Shown one piece after another: positions 1-13,290 of a stretch of 64,000 nt of DNA. This stretch comes from Balanoglossus misakiensis (Eukaryota > Animalia > Hemichordata): positions 1,196,247 to 1,260,246 of the forward strand of contig CM082594.2 in assembly GCA_040954595.2 (NCBI GenBank), in the 5' to 3' direction. A program made the position numbers and the translations under genes. Within the stretch, counting starts at the first letter, position 1. The number at the start of each line of letters is the position of its first letter. The notes below the pieces were generated by a model that was given only the letters and a program-made list of their open reading frames with translations, searched no databases and had not been told where the DNA came from.

Positions 1-619
1 ATGACGTTCGTTTTCACCTTTCTGTCCCGAAGTTGCAAACGTGTTGTCTCTGAGAAAATAAATGTGATTTGTACCCGCGATAATCATAGTTCGGATTTCA
101 ACCCACAACATCAACGCCAGCCATTCACCAACATGTGCCAGATAATGTTTATCAGTCATATTTTCTCAGTCTGAATTTACAAAAGACTAATTGTATTGTA
201 TGCACATTGCAATTTTAATATGTAACACGTTTGACCTGAGTGGGAGGATGGATTGAAGGGACACAAGCTTTTGTAGCCACTTAAATTTTGACACTGTTTA
301 TATAAATGTTGAGCTGGCATATTTGTTCCCTTATGATGTAGTGTACCTGTTGCATTGAAATGAAGCTGTAATATTAAAGTGCAATTTAGTCCTTTGGTTT
401 ACTGGGAAAATGAGGTCAATAAATGACAGGTTTATTTAGATATATGATATATTTCTCGCAAGCACTTATGCATATGTATGAGATACTTATTTATTTTTAA
501 CTTATGTATTTATTTTTAATTTATTTTGTACGTTCAGGTAATCATATGGATTTGTATGGAATCACATACACATTAATTGAAGACTATCATATCACAGAAG
601 TCGAGCCTCCACATGTGTA

Positions 620-1035
620 AGGTAACCATTTAGGTTTCATGACTAAGTTTGTTTAAGAATTCATAAAGCACGAATTCTACCTAATGAATGAATTTTCTTA
701 GAATTTCACAACTGTGACAGGGTTTGCAGTTATGCGAAAAAGTGTTATTATTCACATACGAAACTTTTCGTATACATTTTTCTGATGGCAATGCATTTAA
801 CTTTGAACAAATATTGACGTCAGTTAGTAGTGCTATTTTGTCAGTGAAATTGCTTCATCATCATCCCTCCAATCAAAGTTGAAACTGAGTTGCAAATATT
901 GCACAGCTTGAAATCATAAAATGTTGCAAAATTGAACCAACCGTTCGGTCAACGATTATGTTCTTACAGCTATTATTAGAAGCAGACAGTCTCAGGGAAC
1001 AAGATACATGGGCCTGATTTGCAAACTGAGTTGGA
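620..1035 (+). repeat. Diverged dispersed repeat; inverted copy at ~6525-7744
   Basis: GGTAACCATTTAGGTTTCATGACTAAGTTTGTTTAAGAAT at 621 pairs with ~7705-7743. TCTGATGGCAATGCATTT at 781 pairs with ~7575-7592. Further fragments near 7820 and 9990. Confidence 0.7.
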
Positions 1036-1589
1036 ACTAACCTTGCCTGCCCATGGATGCGCCAATTCAGTGAATCTTATCGTATTAAAAATGAATATGG
1101 AGAACTATTCTCTGTGTTGTGATTCAATTGTTAGCCTACATGTATACATATGTACCTTGAGTGATTCCACTTTCTTCACTGTCCTGTGAATTCAGTTGCC
1201 ATAACTTGCGCTTCACACAGCGCATACATGTAGGTCTAATCAATTGGGCAACTGGGTCTTACAATATTATCTGATGCCTCTTACTGGCCGAAGGACCACA
1301 AGTTGCATTTTCACATCGCATATAAATAGAAAACCCATTAATTTCTACTGTATGATTTTATTGACGATTCAGTAGTTTCATGACTGTTAGTGTTAATTAC
1401 AATACCTAAATTTCCAAATGAAAGCATGCTGTCAGTTTTCATGTGATTGATATTAATTTTACAATTTCAAAATATGCTTAGCTCTGAATGATTATCAACA
1501 TATCAAACTTCATGTTAAATAAACTGTCTTGATATTGTATACATTAAGGCCTACTACCAGTGTCACAACATTGATTTCCTGCATTTTTG

Positions 1590-2505
1590 CTCATGCCTTC
1601 TGACCAGTCAGTTGCCTCTGTATGTGTGTATGTAGTATGTATGGATGTATGTATGTCTGTCCACATCAAAAACTTGAAAACCCCTTCGCGTATCCCCTTG
1701 ATATTTGGTGTGTAGATGCAGGCCAGCCTGTAAATAGGATTTTGTTCATATTAAGAAGGTTGAAGTATTTTCATGATTGGTTTTATTTGATTACTCCAGA
1801 AACATACAATACAGAGTCTGTGTGGTAAGTCTTGATATTGGGTTTTTAGATGCAGGCACGCCTGTTCAAATGAAATATGCTAATTACCTGGAGCAATGTG
1901 AAATTGATCAAAACTCAGAAACTCAACAACTGGTCAGATTGCTTTGAACATTTGTATGCATGTAGCTTATGTCACGCCTGATATACTTTCAGCTAATATC
2001 GTGAATTGTATCTAGAATTTAGTATGCTATTTCCTATAGGTAATCTTTGTTAGTATTGTTTAAATTGTGGCAAAATTTGTAATTTTTGGGAAATATAATT
2101 TTGTCATTTTTGGTCAAAAATCATTTTCTCTGAAACTCCATGTCAGGTCAGGTTGCATTTAAATTTTGGTTTGCTTGTTCCATGAGGTAACCCAAGTAAT
2201 GTTGTATATCATTTTGGTGAAATTTGCATATTTGTGGTCTTGAGGCAATTTTTGCAATTTTTATTCCTAGAAACCGCATGTCAGATTGCTTTCAATTTTG
2301 GTAGGCATGTTCCTTGTGGTGATTGAAGTGAGATATTGTTGGATTTGTTGATATCTGAATTTTTGTGGTTGAGGCAGTTTTTGTCATTGTTGAAGAAATG
2401 TTGTTTTCACTGAAAATACTCCGATTCCTGTGAAATTGTATTAGGTTACCTGGTAGGTCATATCTGCTTGGCAATGTCACAGCGGTGTACACACCTATTT
2501 TTGTG
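1590..2505 (+). mobile_element. Old non-autonomous repeat (HINE/DINE-like) with a (GTAT)n microsatellite
   Basis: GTATGT microsatellite at 1620-1660, followed by degenerate subrepeats (GTCAGATTGCTTT...AATTTTGGT). Confidence 0.4.
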
Positions 2506-3184
2506 TAATCCAAAGTGTCTAATAACCTAGCAAATATTTACTAGTAAATCATGTATGTTCTACTTCTTACAAGGTTGAAGTATGTTGATGTCTGGGTTAA
2601 ATGGGATTCTTCAGAAACATACAATACAGAGTTTGTGGTACAGTTCATGGTCACATTCAGAATTACCTAGTCTATATCCAGCCGTGTTCTGTCCGCTTTG
2701 CTTCCAAAAGTATCGTCTAGTGTCATGCATGCCACTTGCCCAATAATCTGACACCCCTTGCTGGGAAATTTGATGTAACAAGTGTCCCTTAGTGAAGTTA
2801 TTAACATAAACTGAACAATGTTGATTTGGCGTAAGATTATAGTGAAGGCAGGGCTTATTACATTGAAAATGCTATCCAGCCTTAATTACACATTATGAAT
2901 ATCCTTTGTCCAATCATTGGAAAAACAATGTACCATAGACTTGCATAGCACTTTGAAGGTGAATCGCAAGTGGTCACTTTCATTACATTACCTCAAGCAG
3001 TCTTTTACATGTAGCTATAATAAGACAAACATTCCCGGTGTAATTAACATCACTGTTGTTATTAGTATCTATCTCCGATAAGTATCAAGTCTGCCTTATG
3101 TTATTTTAAGTCAATTGTCAGGTTCATGTACATATTTTACAACTTATCTATCTTGTCAAAAACTTTCGCATGTACCTAATTCTA

Positions 3185-4350
3185 GGCTTACCAGTAGGGT
3201 TATAGATACAGTTGATGTTGATGGTTAATTAAAGACCCCCTTGAGCTATGGTAACCTCATTAAATATGTGCATATCTTATTCTAGTGGATGTGGTAACCT
3301 GGACATGGACAACTTCGGGGTCAAAATCTTTTGACAAACTTTTGGGTGATCTTGGGTAAACTTTGACCTACATTCCTATATCTTGGCATCCGGCACAGAT
3401 ACATCCTTGACACTTGGAGTGATGGAACTATGTAATGGAATATTATGTCTTGCCTCATTAATTATGTACATACATAATGCCAGCCTAACCAATAGGGCTG
3501 GAAGTCTGCCTTTTTTGGACATGATAAATTTGAGATCAACATTTTTCTACAGCAGCCAGCCTTCTCTTAAAAAGAATGGACAATATAAAGGCTTTGCTGG
3601 TATACTGAACTTTTGACTCCCTCCCTGAGACTGTGTGCCAATGACGGGATAGCCTACTCAGCGTTGGGTAGATCCCAAGAAGGCCTCAGCCAGGCATCAG
3701 ATACAAAAAGCGGAAATCCAAGCTTTAAATGGTGGGTTACATCGTTAACTTCCCTGCAAAGCTGATTTCTCAGACTGTGAGCCAATGACGGGTAAAGCCC
3801 CTAGGTAGGGGCCACCTAAGACAGGCCGGTCATGCTTTAGTCACAAAGAAGGGCAAGTTCAGTCATACCATAACTTTGTCTGCTGTATATGCTTCATAAT
3901 GATTGCATGGTATTTTGAGAATACATTGTCTTAAGGCAGTGTGACCAGCTAAAAAGTACTGGCAAACACAGCCAATGTGTAATAAAAACATCTCATGTGG
4001 CTAAATAAAAGACATAAAACACAGCAAAAGCACTGTGACTAGCTGAGACATAATACTCCATTATGCATTTCCATCACTCCAAGTGTCAAGGTTGCATCTG
4101 CTCTGGATGCCAAGATATAGTAATGTTGGTCAAGGTTTACCCAAAGTCACCCAAAGTTTTGTCAAACAATTTTGACCCCAATGTTGTCCATGTTTAGGTT
4201 TCTCTCTCCACTGGATAGCCTACAATTAGATATGCAAATATTTAATGACGTTACCATAGATTAAGGCGGTCCTAAATTAACCATGAAATTATAGTTTCAT
4301 GTTAATTCTTGTTATTACAAAACACTGTATCTATAACCCTTCTGGAAGCC
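3185..4350. repeat. Diverged inverted pair (~3185-3430 and ~4068-4350) related to the ~240-bp HINE core repeat
   Basis: CCTTGACACTTGGAGTGATGG at 3405 pairs with CCATCACTCCAAGTGTCAAGG at 4071. GGGTCAAAAT..TTTGACAAA..TTTGGGTGA motifs are shared with 28750-29640. Confidence 0.65.
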
Positions 4351-6737
4351 ATACTTTGTTTCATGCTACCCAATATGTTAAAGTAGGTAAAAAATCAGCC
4401 AAGGTTATTTGAAATTTTGCTGAAAAAAATCCGGTCCCTGACATTTGGTAAAGGGGTCAAGACACTTGGCAACAAATTTGTGTCCCAGATTAGAACATAT
4501 TCATAAAAAATCAGGGAAAGAAGGAAGTTTTTCACAGCTTTGGTGCTTCAAATAGTAGAGAGGTTCCCAAGTTATTTCAATGAAACCTTAATGTCAACAT
4601 TACATCGTTAGACTCAAACTCATCTGGCATAAAGCTGCTAGTTAAAGCCCTAAGGGTTGTGCCACTTTTTCATTATTTTCATCTAAGATTTGTCAATCTA
4701 AATAAGCTTACTGCTAGGTATACATCTACATGAACACCTTGTTGACAGACGATTGTGGCTGTAATTTAAAGAAGTCAGATATTTAACAGGTACCACACCT
4801 GTTTAATCTGCCTCTATACAAAGGGTACACATCTATAGTGGTATGCATCACCTAGATATGACAAACATAAGCACTACAAGTAATATGGCTTTATGGTGGC
4901 GATTTTGAAGGATGTGGAGAAGATTTGAAAAACACTCTTGAGGAAAAAGATGTGTTAAATCTTTGAAATGTGTTTTATTCTTTGGTTCCCATTTCGTATA
5001 TGTCTATCTACCACTGGGACCAATGTGAAATTGGTGGAAACTGGTCAAATTGCTTTAGAAATTGGTGTGTATTCATTTTGAGACCTCATGGATTTTTTTT
5101 CATTTTTTGAAGTATATTTTTGGGGTGATTTTGGTCAAATACTCAAAAACCTCTACTCACAGTTCTTTGAAATTTGGTTTGCAGGTTCCTAGGTGTGTTA
5201 TCACGACATTTTAACAAATCCTATGATGGAAGTGTCAATATAGTTTTTGTGGACAATTTTTGCCATTTTGTTTGATTGCTTTGCAATTTTTTGTTTTGCA
5301 GTTTCCAGGGGATTTTTTTAATGTGATATATCATAAATGTTCTGAAAATGAAAAAATTGTATTTTGGGGGCATAAAAAAAATTCTCAGAAAGTGTATGGT
5401 TGATCACTTTAAAAGTTTAGTTGTGAGTTAATGATATGTGCTTCTTTAGAATGATAATTGAATCAAATCATAGCTGAATTAGTTTTTTTGTTTATTTTGT
5501 TAGATATTTTTTCCTTATACCTCAAAAATTCTTATTATAAAAGGGAAATTACCATTACATAGTTGTTTGCAATTAAGGAGGACCCCCTCCCCCACTGAAA
5601 ATCGTATACACCTTGATCTCTCTATGTCTGTATTCATATCTGTATGTATGTTTTACAAATGTATGCTCCCAATAAGAGTGAAATGATTGTTTTTTATCGT
5701 AATACTTCTAAAGTGATTATTTCCTATGAGATATGCAGTCTTATTACCTAATCGTTTCTGAAATTCTACCTCATGCTGTGTATGAAAAGTCTAATATATG
5801 TCATTGTCAAGATCCCCAAAACAGGCTGATATAGTATCACATAACATTTGATAAAAGTATCCCAAACAGTGTGGCCATGTCTTCATAACACAAAATGTGA
5901 GTGATATACTACTTGAATATTTTTGTCATGTTTTCCACTATAATAGTACTGTTTCTGTAGATATCAGATGTTTTATGTTATTTAAATAACCGTGATAGAC
6001 AACACATTTTAATGTAAGCCATCATGTGCAAATGTGATAGCCATGGCCGTGTAAGATACACTCCCCAATTTCACGAAATTCACACATGTGCTTTACCATT
6101 GTTATGCTATGTATTGAACTGGCACACTGCAAATTTTGAAACTACGATATTGATCACAATCACACGCACACTCACAGCATTCTTTTTTGGAATAGAGGTA
6201 CTAACACTATCAATTATTATGCTTTTGAATCCCCAATAAAGAATATATAGAATTTAACAGGATTTATATTTGCACGCAAAGTATAAAATTCCCTTGTGCC
6301 GTAGAAATGAAAATCTGCAACTGGTGGTCCTTCTGCCAGTAAGAAGCATCAGAAAAATTCTGCATGCTCATCGTCCAGACAATTTTGGTATACAGAAAAA
6401 AAACACTAGAATGACAACAGCTACATGTATGTAGGCTAGCAATAGGAACACAGATAACAATTCTCCATATTCATTTTTAAATACGATAAGATTCGCTGAA
6501 ATTGGCACATCTGTGTGCAGGCAAAGTCAGTTCCAACTCGGCTTGCAAATCGGACCAATGTCTCTTGTTCGCTGAGACTGTATGGTTCTAGTAATAGCTG
6601 TAAGAACTTGATCATTGACCAAACTCTTGGTTCAATTTTGCAACATTTTATGATTTCAAGCTGTACATATTTAACTCCGTTTCAACTATGGTTGGAGGGA
6701 TAATAATGGAGCCATTTCACTGACAAAATAGCGCTTA

Positions 6738-7542
6738 GGGACCATTCAGTTTTTACGGTGGGGGAGGCTGGCAAAATCCAGGGGGTCACTTAAATTTTGA
6801 AATCCAAAAGAGGGAGTCATCTTTTTTTCAAACGTTTAGGGGGGAGGTCATATACATGTACCCACCGATGCTAACTTTGAGTGGAGTGGCAACAGTAAAA
6901 TTGGTCCTTTCAAACATTGAGATAATTTGCTTTTGACTTCATTAAAATGCAACTTTGAGCTACATATTTTACAAAGTTTTCTTATGTGGAAGGGGGACAT
7001 CCCCTCCCACACCCATCCCCTTACTTTGCCACATATAGTGTACCAGGGCAGAATACTTGCCATCCCACCCCAACTGATGTTAACTTTGAGTGGCAAAAGT
7101 CAAATTTGTCCTCCCCAACATTAAGTTAATTTGCCTTTGAGTTCATTAAAATGCATTAATTGTATTTTACAAAATTGTCCTACGTACACCCACCCCTTCC
7201 ACTTTTCTTGTTTTACCAATTCTACCAACTATTGTATTGACGTGTCCTTTTAATTTATCCATAGACTTCTTTATTGCAACGCTATACTATTATACACTTC
7301 AAATTATAAATTTCTTTAAGAAATTTAGAATTGAGGTGTGAGGAGACCCTTTACCTAGTGTACATAAGATAAGGATGGCGAATGTTTTCGGGGTGGGAGG
7401 AGGGTCATCATATTTTGGTCCTGTCAAAGGGGGGGGGGGTCATCATTTTTTTGGTCCTGGTTGAAGGGGGTGTCGGCCTGATTTTGAAAACCAATGACAC
7501 AAACTTTTGCCCCCCCCCCCTCCACCAAAACTGAACAGTCCC
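6738..7542. mobile_element. PIF/Harbinger-type MITE
   Basis: TTA|GGGACCATTCAGTTTT ... AAAACTGAACAGTCCC|TTA: imperfect TIRs with a 3-bp TTA TSD. Inserted into the older repeat, whose uninterrupted copy lies at ~780-850. Confidence 0.8.
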
Positions 7543-8070
7543 TTACTAAAGGACGTCAATGTCTGTTTACAGTCAAATGCATTGCCATCAGAAAAAAAAT
7601 GCAAACAATTTCTTATGTTTGTAGTACGCACTTTTTGTATATCTGTAAACTGTGTCTCAGTTGTGAAATTCTAAGGAAATTTGTTCCTTGGGTAGAATAA
7701 AGGATTCTTAAACAAACTTAGTCACGAAAGCTAAATGGTTACCTCAGAGAAACTGTGTTAAATTTGGTCATCATTGTTTTAAATCACACAAGACATTCCC
7801 ACAGCTAAGTTACTGCAGCAGTCAGTTTCAACTCAGCTTGCAAATTGAGATCATGTCTTGTGTTCATCGAGACTGTCTGTAGTCGAGTTGACAGTCACTA
7901 CAACTGTATTGCAAATATGGCAGGGTTGGGCAACTCTTCTAATTTGCATTTGAACACCTTTTCTGTTTGCGTCAAAATGATGAATAATGTTTCGTTTTCA
8001 AGAATGCCTTAATATGGGCACCCAAAACAAGACAACTGCATTGCAAATGGCATTTTCATTCAACTCTCCT

Positions 8071-8297
8071 GGGTACCTAAAACAATTTCAACATGGTTGA
8101 CATGGCAATATTAGACAACTGTTCTAATTTGCATAATCCAAAATGGCCGCAAAATTTCTCTAACATGTTAATTTCCCATATTTGTCTTAAATGGTGTGTA
8201 ATATCGAATTTGCAGGGTTTCCATTAACATGGGTACCTAAAACAATTTCAACATGGTTGACATGGCAATATTAGACAACTGCTCTAATTTGCATAAT
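8071..8297 (+). repeat. ~67-bp direct repeat, 2 copies (8071, 8231)
   Basis: GGGTACCTAAAACAATTTCAACATGGTTGACATGGCAATATTAGACAACTG occurs twice, 160 bp apart. Confidence 0.85.
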
Positions 8298-10572
8298 TCA
8301 AACACCTGCTGGATAATTTAACTTTTATTTTTGCCATTCTTGTCCCATGATTGTATGTATTATATCTCATAACAGGCAATTAAGTGTGCTAATTGTCAAG
8401 CCAATCTTAATTCTTCATCTGCACCACAAATCAGATGCAAGGTTTAGGACTGGGAGTGTATGTGGGAGCAGCATATAGGGGCCTACAGGTATCTTTAATG
8501 GCAAGTCTTCGGTTAAAGCCAGAAGGTTTTCAGGTTGTAGGCCTCTATTGTATCTGCAACAGTTTCTATCACCTCCATCCCACTGGCCGGCACCCGAGGG
8601 GGGGTGGGGGTACTTCAAAATTTTTCGGATGGTAGTCTGTCGCCCCAGTCGATAACATCAACACGTGTAAATGCCCAAAATCTGACCTAGTTGGATTATA
8701 AGTCAAATTTTCTGGTCATTTACCCCAAGTTTTACTTAAAGACTACATACCTATACACCTTTGTATGGGAGAACACATCCCCCACCCCCCTGCCAACACT
8801 AATTGGACAACTTTATTCTTGTTATACTTCTTTATAAGTCTAAATGTTCAGTAAGAAAAGGCAACAAGTTATTGAAGCTGCTGACCATGCAAACTATGAT
8901 GAAGTATATTTTTTTCCTAGCTGTACATGTACAGTATAATTGGCCCAATGTACCAATTGGAGATGTGTGCCTTACAAGCAACACAGGTTGTATATCCAAG
9001 CCTTGTCTGTTGGCACTATGAAGGGTATTGGAAGAATGTCTCTGCTGGCCACTTTGGCCAGCCACTTTTGGCCAGCAGACTATCAAAAGGGTCAAGAAAA
9101 TAGCCCTAAAAGGTATGGCACTGTATGCAAATCTAGTGCAGGAGTGGATTGATACATTTCCCATCACTGTACATGCATCATCCTGTATGGATGATATGTA
9201 CTCTAGCATTATGCACCAGATAAAAATGGTCAAAATTGCAAAAAAAGGAGATGAAACTCCCACTGTCCTTTAACGCAATCCATAGATAAAGAGACAACAT
9301 GTTCAGGCATTGGATCTAAACATGGTGGATACTGACGAGGGTGTGGTGAATGATGGTGAATCCCTGGATGTTTTGAGGTTGGAATTCTGAAAAGGATTCC
9401 CATCGTGAGATTGAGGAACAGGATGATGCAGAGGGGCTGGCTCTTTGTGACTCCTATCAGTGGGGATAGACATATATTTGGGATACAGAGGTTGCACTTC
9501 CTTGCTTCATGATTAGTACGGTAACACTGCCAAATTTGCAACACAGTTGTATTGTTAAAGGTACCCATATGAATGTGCTAATCCTGAAAATACGATATTG
9601 CGCATCATTTTGGGAAACATGGCAAAATTTCACTTTTAGTGGTGATTGGCGGCCATTTTTGATTATGCAAAATAGAAAAGTTGCCAAACACTGCCATACT
9701 TGCAATACATAACCAATATGGATGGAAATCCTGAAATTTTAGATATTACACATAATTTTGAGAAAAAAGGGCCAAGTTTTATTTTAGAGAAGGTATTTGG
9801 CGGCCATTTTTGATCATGCATATTAGAAGAATTGTCCATCATTGCCATTTTGGCAACTCAGCTGGAATAGGTCTAGGCTCCCATATGAATGCCAATAAGC
9901 AAAAAACTTCATAGGAAAGAAAATTTCTAGGTAGGAAAATTTTGACTCAACTTCTGGTTCTAATAATAGGTGTAAGGATGTGATCGTTTGATTTTGCAAC
10001 ATTTTACAATTTCAAGCTGTGTGTCTTTAACAGTTGTTGTTGTAGGGACAAATGGCTCAAACCATTCAGCTGACAATATAGCACTACACATTGTGCAGTA
10101 CCTTTGACAATGCTTGGAACAATGTTGCAACAAAGCTTTGTGTTGAAGCTTGCTACAAGACTTGGCGTGCTGAAGCCTCTTATACTAGTCTTAGTTGAAC
10201 CTCAGCTGTAACTACGTTTGTGAAACCTTAACATTCAAATCTTTGGCCAAAGTTAGGGTTGCAAAGCTTCTTCAAAGTTTTGTGAACCTCAACAATGCTT
10301 TTCTATAGAAACCTTTAAACATGCGGGGGGGGAGGGGGGGACACCAACATCGTAGTCAGTGAGGTCATCTATGGTGGTGGGCGCGTCTTCCACTCGGCAC
10401 TCCTCTGCGCACGCTTGGGGGATAAAAAATGCATCAAAAACCCCTGGCGCGTCCTCGCTCGGCTCCTCCCACCCCTGGAAGACGCACAGGCGCTTCATCA
10501 TCACCATGGACTCCGGTGAACAAAAGGATTCCGTAGGGATCCGTCCAGGTCCGCCCCTGCGGATAAAGAAGT

Positions 10573-11673
10573 CTAGCAGGTCGGGTATTTCATTTCCTGG
10601 ACCACACAGCCAGTATAGGTGAGTTTCTCTAACGCCTCCACCGCGTCCCGCTCGCGGAATACTTCCGGCTTCTCAGTAAAAATAACTGGAAGGTGGCACT
10701 GAAAGGCGTGTTTCTTCAGTTTGCGCGTGGACCTCCGGCATCCCGGGAACGGACATGGAGAAGGGCCTGATGAGTAATGTGGAACAGAGGATAGGGGGCT
10801 CCTTCGGGCCGGCCTGGCGCTCCTCCAGCGGCGTTCGTCTTCTTTGGGCGGTTCCAGCGTCGGATACCGGATCGGTGATCGACGTCTGGGGCTGAGATCT
10901 CCCCAGCGTGACAAGGATGGTCGTTCACGGGAAGGTGGGCGGTCCCGCCTTTCCTCTCGAGAACGCTCCGGTCGCGGCGACCGGGTTGGGGATCTGGACC
11001 TAGTTGGGCTGCCGGGGTGGCGTCGAAGTTCCCAGGGGATTAGATATTCCCCCGCCTCCAACGTCGCTTCCAGCTCCAATGGGTTGATCAGTGACTGCAG
11101 CGGCAGCGTTTCTTGGCGTGGGGGTGATGGCTCCTGCAGCAGCCGTTGGTTTCCCCCGTCTCTCGCTACTGCTATTGGGGGTGATACACGGGTGCGGGGT
11201 GGGTCTGGCCCTTCCGACACCTCCATCGCCTGGTCCTTGTCGCCACCGAGTACCTGTTTTTCCAGCTGCGGATCCCGGAAGATGCTCAAAGTTTCCTCCA
11301 GGTCGTCAGCTGCAGTGGTGGTTCTTGTGGGCTCTTGCGGGGAGATATGGCCAACGAATCCCCCACGTACGCGGCCTGGATTGAACTCCCGAGGTAGTGT
11401 GCAGGTTTTTATGGCTGCGTCGGATGGTACGGGCAGGTTGGCTTCGGTCTTTTCCTTCCCGTATACATGCATGGCCTCCTCCCGTACCGTGGACATCCAT
11501 CCTATGTCGCCTAGAACCGTGGCTACTTGACAGTTCTCACGGAGCATCAGGAACATTGTATCCTCGTCTACACCAAGTTGCCTCAGTCGGGGGATGACAC
11601 TGATGGGGTCCAACAGTTTCCCTCGGCCGCAGCGATAGCATATCTCCTCTAATTCGAGTTGTCTGGAATCCAT
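10573..11673 (-). CDS. Extra ORF downstream of Gypsy pol (R/S/P-rich, C2H2-like finger), frameshifted near its end
   Basis: 366-aa ORF starting ~100 bp after the integrase stop; CPFPGC..LKKHAFQCH motif. Continues in another frame to ~10320. Confidence 0.7.
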   Translation of the reverse strand: MDSRQLELEEICYRCGRGKLLDPISVIPRLRQLGVDEDTMFLMLRENCQVATVLGDIGWMSTVREEAMHVYGKEKTEANLPVPSDAAIKTCTLPREFNPGRVRGGFVGHISPQEPTRTTTAADDLEETLSIFRDPQLEKQVLGGDKDQAMEVSEGPDPPRTRVSPPIAVARDGGNQRLLQEPSPPRQETLPLQSLINPLELEATLEAGEYLIPWELRRHPGSPTRSRSPTRSPRPERSREERRDRPPSRERPSLSRWGDLSPRRRSPIRYPTLEPPKEDERRWRSARPARRSPLSSVPHYSSGPSPCPFPGCRRSTRKLKKHAFQCHLPVIFTEKPEVFRERDAVEALEKLTYTGCVVQEMKYPTC

Positions 11674-11778
11674 TCTTGGGACAAAAAGAAAAAAAAGAAA
11701 ATTAACGGTTAGTGGGTCCTCGCCTGTGACGAGTCATAGCCCTACCCGATGGCATTTTCCCCTTTTCCCTGTGTTCCC

Positions 11779-13269
11779 TTAATCGTCGATCCCCTCCCCC
11801 TCGCAGTTCGGACAGTGGAAGGGATCAGTCGAGTTGACCTGCTTTTGGGTGAGATTGACGCATGTGCTGTGGAACCAGTCGTAACAGCTGTCACACTGGA
11901 CCATCAGCTTCTCTGTGTCCGGCCCACGGCAGATACAGTAGGTCTGTTCCCGGTTTTTGTCCTGCGGATCAGGATCCCCACCCTTTAGGGGCAGTGACCT
12001 CTTGAATTTAACTATCCAGCTGGGCAGTTGCGCTTCCCTACACAACCTTATTCTGTCGTGGGTCGCGGTGGCGATGCGTCTCGGAAGTTTCACTCGGTAC
12101 AAATATGGCGATAATTTCGCTATCACTATTCCTGGTCCTTTCCATGGGGGGCTCAGTTTTTTACATTTCCCTCTCACCGTCACTGAGTCCAGAAGGTAGA
12201 CGGGATCTACGACTTCATATGAACGGAGTCGGGCCTTCAAGTCGTAGTCCCGCTTCATTCTTTCCTGGGTGACCTGCAGTTTTTCCTGAGCGAGGTCATG
12301 GGCTTCTTTGATGGCGCTCCCCAGGCTGCTCACATATTCTTCATGGTCTTGGGCTGGCGTTGGTTTCCCGAAGACCAGGTCGGCCGGTTGGTTCACTTCC
12401 CGCCCCAGCATAAGGCGATTAGGTGTGAATCCAGTATTTCTGTTTACGGAGGTCCGAATGGCTCCGGCGATTTGGGGTAGGAATTTGTCCCACTCGTTCT
12501 GTTTGCATCCATGAGGGTCCGGTTTTGCCGCTCCATCTGGCTGTTCGCGGAACAGCTGACTTTCGAAATTACTGCCTCTATCTGTGAATATCTCGAATGG
12601 CCATCCGAATCGAGAAAAGAATTCCCCTACAGCTGCCTTAGCGGTTGCCTCTGCCGTTTGGGTAGGCAGTGGAATGCACTCTACCCACTTGGTGAATTGG
12701 TCGACCATGACTAGGATATATTCGTTTTTTCGGGGTGTCCGGGGCAGTGGTCCAAGGAAGTCCAGATGTACCCTTTCCATAGGTGATCCCACGTGGTATC
12801 GGGTCAGAGGGCACCTCGCATGTCGCTGTGGTTTCTTGTGCTTGTTGCAGTTGTGGCACGAGGCTACGTAGCTGCGTACATCATCTGCCATCCGATGCCA
12901 GTGGTACTTCATTTGGAGTCTGGCCAGCGTCCGTTGCACGCCCTGATGTCCCGCTGAGGGGATCGCATGGTTCAGTTCAATTACTTCCGATATCATTGTT
13001 CTGGGGATGACCAGTTTTCCTTCGCCATCATCCTCGGATTTCCTCCGGAGTACTGGCATCTTCCGGTCCACATAATATATCTCGCGGTTTATCCAGGCAT
13101 GTTTTGCGGCGGTGCTGAGTAGGTCCAATGCGCTTTCCGCAGGGGTTTGACCAGTATCCAGCCATTCCAGTATCGGCCGTAGATCGGCATCCTCCTGCTG
13201 TTGCCGGTGTATCGTTTCCGAGGTTTCTCGCCACGGCGTGTCGGTCTCTGGCGAGCTGCTCCTGGTCAC
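11779..13269 (-). pseudogene. Gypsy integrase with C-terminal PHD finger
   Basis: H2C2 (H..AGH...CHNC), HLDFLGPLP, FTDRGSNF. ERQNRTL is shifted into another frame by small deletions. C-terminus YCICRGPDTEKLMVQCDSCYDWFHSTCV...FHCPNC fits the C4HC3 PHD pattern. Confidence 0.93.
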
Positions 13270-13290
13270 CGTGCATACCTTGGGGTCCTC

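Noticed and set aside
538-617. Possible small exon (TTCAG|GNHMDLYGITYTLIEDYHITEVEPPH|GTAAGG)
   Set aside because: The splice signals are plausible, but there is no partner exon or domain to support it.
8803-9500. Cluster of short ORFs with coding-like composition
   Set aside because: No recognisable motif, several stops, and no consistent splice model.
10844-11530. 228-aa + strand ORF and other antisense ORFs in the Gypsy, DIRS and transposase regions
   Set aside because: These are shadow frames of GC-rich coding sequence on the other strand or in another frame.
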